Virus record (IMG/VR): IMGVR_UViG_3300029821_000084 | Coordinates: 1 to 48,729 of that record | Source of the DNA: a virus | Taxonomy: Duplodnaviria; Caudoviricetes | Strand: one strand, 5' to 3' | DNA length: 48,729 nucleotides | Part shown: in pieces, positions 46,707 to 48,729 of the stretch | Numbering within the stretch: position 1 is the stretch's first letter | Layout: every line of letters starts with the position of its first letter | Position numbers and translations under genes: made by a program | Notes under the pieces: model-generated | What the model was told of the DNA's origin: nothing | Database searches by the model: none | Seen by the model: the letters and a program-made list of their open reading frames with translations, nothing else

Positions 46707-48425
46707 ATGAAAAACAAAACCGTAAGAATCATCCAACCAAAGACACATTACACTTTGGATCAAATCAATAATCCAATTACCAAAAAACGAGTGTGTGCCT
46801 ATGTACGAGTATCAACAGACAACTTAGAACAAAAAACAAGTTATGAAGCTCAACGAGATGAATATACACAACGAATTACAAAGAATCCAGATTGGATATT
46901 TGATGGCATTTATGCAGACGAGGGCATCAGTGGGACTAGCACAAAGAACAGAAAACAGTTTAATTTAATGATTGATAAAGCACGTGCTGGCCAAATCGAT
47001 ATTATACTTACCAAGTCAATATCCAGGTTTGCAAGAAACACTGTGGATGCACTTAACTACATTAGAGAGTTAAGACAAATCAATGTAGAGATTATTTTTG
47101 AAAAAGAAAACATTAGTTCCCTAGATCCTAAAGTAGAGTTTCTTCTCACCATCATGTCATCAATGGCACAGGAGGAAGCAAGAAACGTGTCAGAAAACGT
47201 CAAATGGAATGTTCAACGTCGTTTTAGAGAGGGTGTGCCTATTATCAACCACCAACGCTTCCTTGGTTATACGAAGGATAAAAAAGGTGGAAACTTAGTG
47301 GTTGTACCTGAGGAAGCACAGATTGTTAAACTCATATTCAATTTATACATTAGTGGTGTTGGTCCAGCTAAAATTGCAGAGCAACTTATAGAGATGGGTG
47401 CAAAGACAGGTGCTGGTAAAACAGAATGGCGACTTTCAACAATTACAACCATTTTAAAAAATGAAAAATACATGGGTGATATGCTGCAGCAAAAAACAAT
47501 AGGCATCGATTATTTGAGTCACACAAGAGTTAAGAATAAAAATCATGCACCTACTTATTATACAGAAAACAGTCATGAAGCAATCATCGATAGAGATACT
47601 TTTGAACTTGCACAACGCATTAGAAAAGATAGAGCTAAGGTTAGAATTGGCGAGGATAAAAACCTCTCAAAATATAGTAGAACATATCCTTTAACAGCAA
47701 TGATTATATGTAGTGAATGTGGTCGAACATTAAAAAGACGTTACTGGAACTACGGTAAACCATCACAAAGGGTGATGCAACAGTGTGGTAGCTACATTGA
47801 GGGTAAGGCAAATTGTAATGCAAAGGCAAGTCGTCAAGATCTTATTGAAGCTACAACAATCCATATGCTAAACAAAGTCTTCTTAAAAGATCTAGATATC
47901 ATGTCAACCATTCAAAGGGTAATTAAATCAACCATCAAAGTCGATGATGTCCAAGGTATCATTGAAAAGTTAACATTAGAAAGAGACGAAAACGAAATAG
48001 CATTATCAAACTTAATTGATACAAAAGTAAAGACACCAGATATTCCAGAATCAATATTTAATGCAAAGTATAGAGAATATTCCGATCGACTTAAAGTTCT
48101 AACAGCAGAGATTAACAAGCTTGAACTTGAACACGTAAAAAATTATGACACCAGAAAACGTATGAATAAAATCAATGAAGTTCTAGGTAAAAAGAATCTA
48201 GTCATCGATGAGCTAGATTCTGAGATATTGAGTACATTCATCTATAAAATGATATCCGTAAGTCCAAATGAGATCGTATACTGTATTGCTGGAACCAAGA
48301 ATTATTCAGACAATGAGTTCAAAGAACGACGTTTTGAGTTCTTAAAAACTGAACCAATCATTGTGGAAACATATCACACACCCGATGGCTTAGATAAGAT
48401 GTTATATCGGGTTGTAGTGATATAA
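46707..48425 (+). CDS. Large serine recombinase (integrase)
   Basis: AYVRVST, DEGISG, TKSISRFARN, recombinase domain, zinc ribbon CSECG...C...C and coiled coil. The aaggag RBS favours ATG 46707 over the track start at 46668. Confidence 0.96.
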   Translation: MKNKTVRIIQPKTHYTLDQINNPITKKRVCAYVRVSTDNLEQKTSYEAQRDEYTQRITKNPDWIFDGIYADEGISGTSTKNRKQFNLMIDKARAGQIDIILTKSISRFARNTVDALNYIRELRQINVEIIFEKENISSLDPKVEFLLTIMSSMAQEEARNVSENVKWNVQRRFREGVPIINHQRFLGYTKDKKGGNLVVVPEEAQIVKLIFNLYISGVGPAKIAEQLIEMGAKTGAGKTEWRLSTITTILKNEKYMGDMLQQKTIGIDYLSHTRVKNKNHAPTYYTENSHEAIIDRDTFELAQRIRKDRAKVRIGEDKNLSKYSRTYPLTAMIICSECGRTLKRRYWNYGKPSQRVMQQCGSYIEGKANCNAKASRQDLIEATTIHMLNKVFLKDLDIMSTIQRVIKSTIKVDDVQGIIEKLTLERDENEIALSNLIDTKVKTPDIPESIFNAKYREYSDRLKVLTAEINKLELEHVKNYDTRKRMNKINEVLGKKNLVIDELDSEILSTFIYKMISVSPNEIVYCIAGTKNYSDNEFKERRFEFLKTEPIIVETYHTPDGLDKMLYRVVVI

Positions 48426-48483
48426 TTTTTTACAAAATAGATGTTCTCACACTCAAGAAAATATATGCTTAGAGCATAGTTTG

Positions 48484-48519
48484 ATGTTTCCACATTGATT
48501 TCGATATGTTTCCACATTG
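48484..48519 (+). repeat. 14-bp direct repeat atgtttccacattg x2
   Basis: Copies at 48484-48497 and 48506-48519; the second reads GAT ATG TTT CCA CAT (DMFPH). Confidence 0.8.
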
Positions 48520-48530
48520 GGCAAAAAGTA

Positions 48531-48574
48531 AAAAAGAAGCATTTAACCCAGTTTTAAAGGGGTAAATGCTTCTT
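48531..48574. terminator. Terminator between the integrase and the rlmD-like 3' end
   Basis: aagaagcattta (48534-45) / taaatgcttctt (48563-74), with a U run on the minus strand. Confidence 0.75.
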
Positions 48575-48597
48575 GTTCTATTATACGAACGGCTTTG

Positions 48598-48648
48598 TTA
48601 AGCGGTTTTTAGAGAAAGCAATGTGATAGTTTCAACGTGCGTGGTGTA
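48598..48648 (-). other. Displaced 3' end of rlmD/rumA (att junction)
   Basis: Reads YTTHVETITLLSLKTA*. An upstream in-frame TAG shows the 5' part of the gene is not contiguous here. Confidence 0.75.
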
Positions 48649-48729
48649 TATCTAATTGCTCGAAAATATGTCGTTTCGTGTACGTCGGAAACATATTTTT
48701 AGCCATTTTATGTTCCCCCATTCCAGACT

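Larger units (their letters stand above)
105..48457. mobile_element. Prophage (HK97-like head, long non-contractile tail) with left-arm defence cargo; boundaries tentative
   Basis: Ordered integrase, immunity, replication, packaging, head, tail and holin modules. A 17-bp direct repeat atgttctcacac(a/t)caag (16/17 identical) lies at 105-121 and 48441-48457, the latter just after the integrase stop. The core phage genes (10786-48425) are certain; inclusion of the left cargo is inferred. Confidence 0.8.

Noticed and set aside
1-48729. Genetic code 4 (TGA = Trp)
   Set aside because: Long conserved genes are open under code 11 and several end in TGA at ATGA overlaps.

Overview
This AT-rich window holds what appears to be one complete temperate siphophage-like prophage (about 10.8-48.4 kb, almost all on the minus strand) plus a defence and accessory cargo block on its left (about 0.3-10.5 kb). 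Reading right to left on the minus strand: a large serine integrase with a small upstream SHOCT-like ORF, divergent repressor/Cro-like genes, a second (tyrosine) recombinase, antirepressor, excisionase-like HTH, replication initiator with iterons, ArpU-like activator, an inserted type I R-M system with a NucS-like/RAMA nuclease, a ParB-methylase/metK module, a cos-type HK97-like head module interrupted by three HEPN-like genes, a tail module with a -1 frameshift chaperone and a moron, a nucleotidyltransferase, and two holins with no recognisable endolysin. The missing endolysin fits a wall-less, code-11 host such as Acholeplasmatales (inference). The cargo holds a Pycsar pair and a four-gene operon of methyltransferase, GHKL/histidine kinase, receiver and HNH nuclease. 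Both ends carry degenerate copies of the rlmD (rumA) 3' end, a known serine-integrase target. Strongest leads: the phosphorelay-coupled restriction-like operon, three HEPN-like genes around cos and terminase (with an orphan nucleotidyltransferase in the same late region), a covarying 45-bp motif upstream of two terminators, and several candidate small or leader RNAs. All family calls come from motif recognition by eye; no searches were run.
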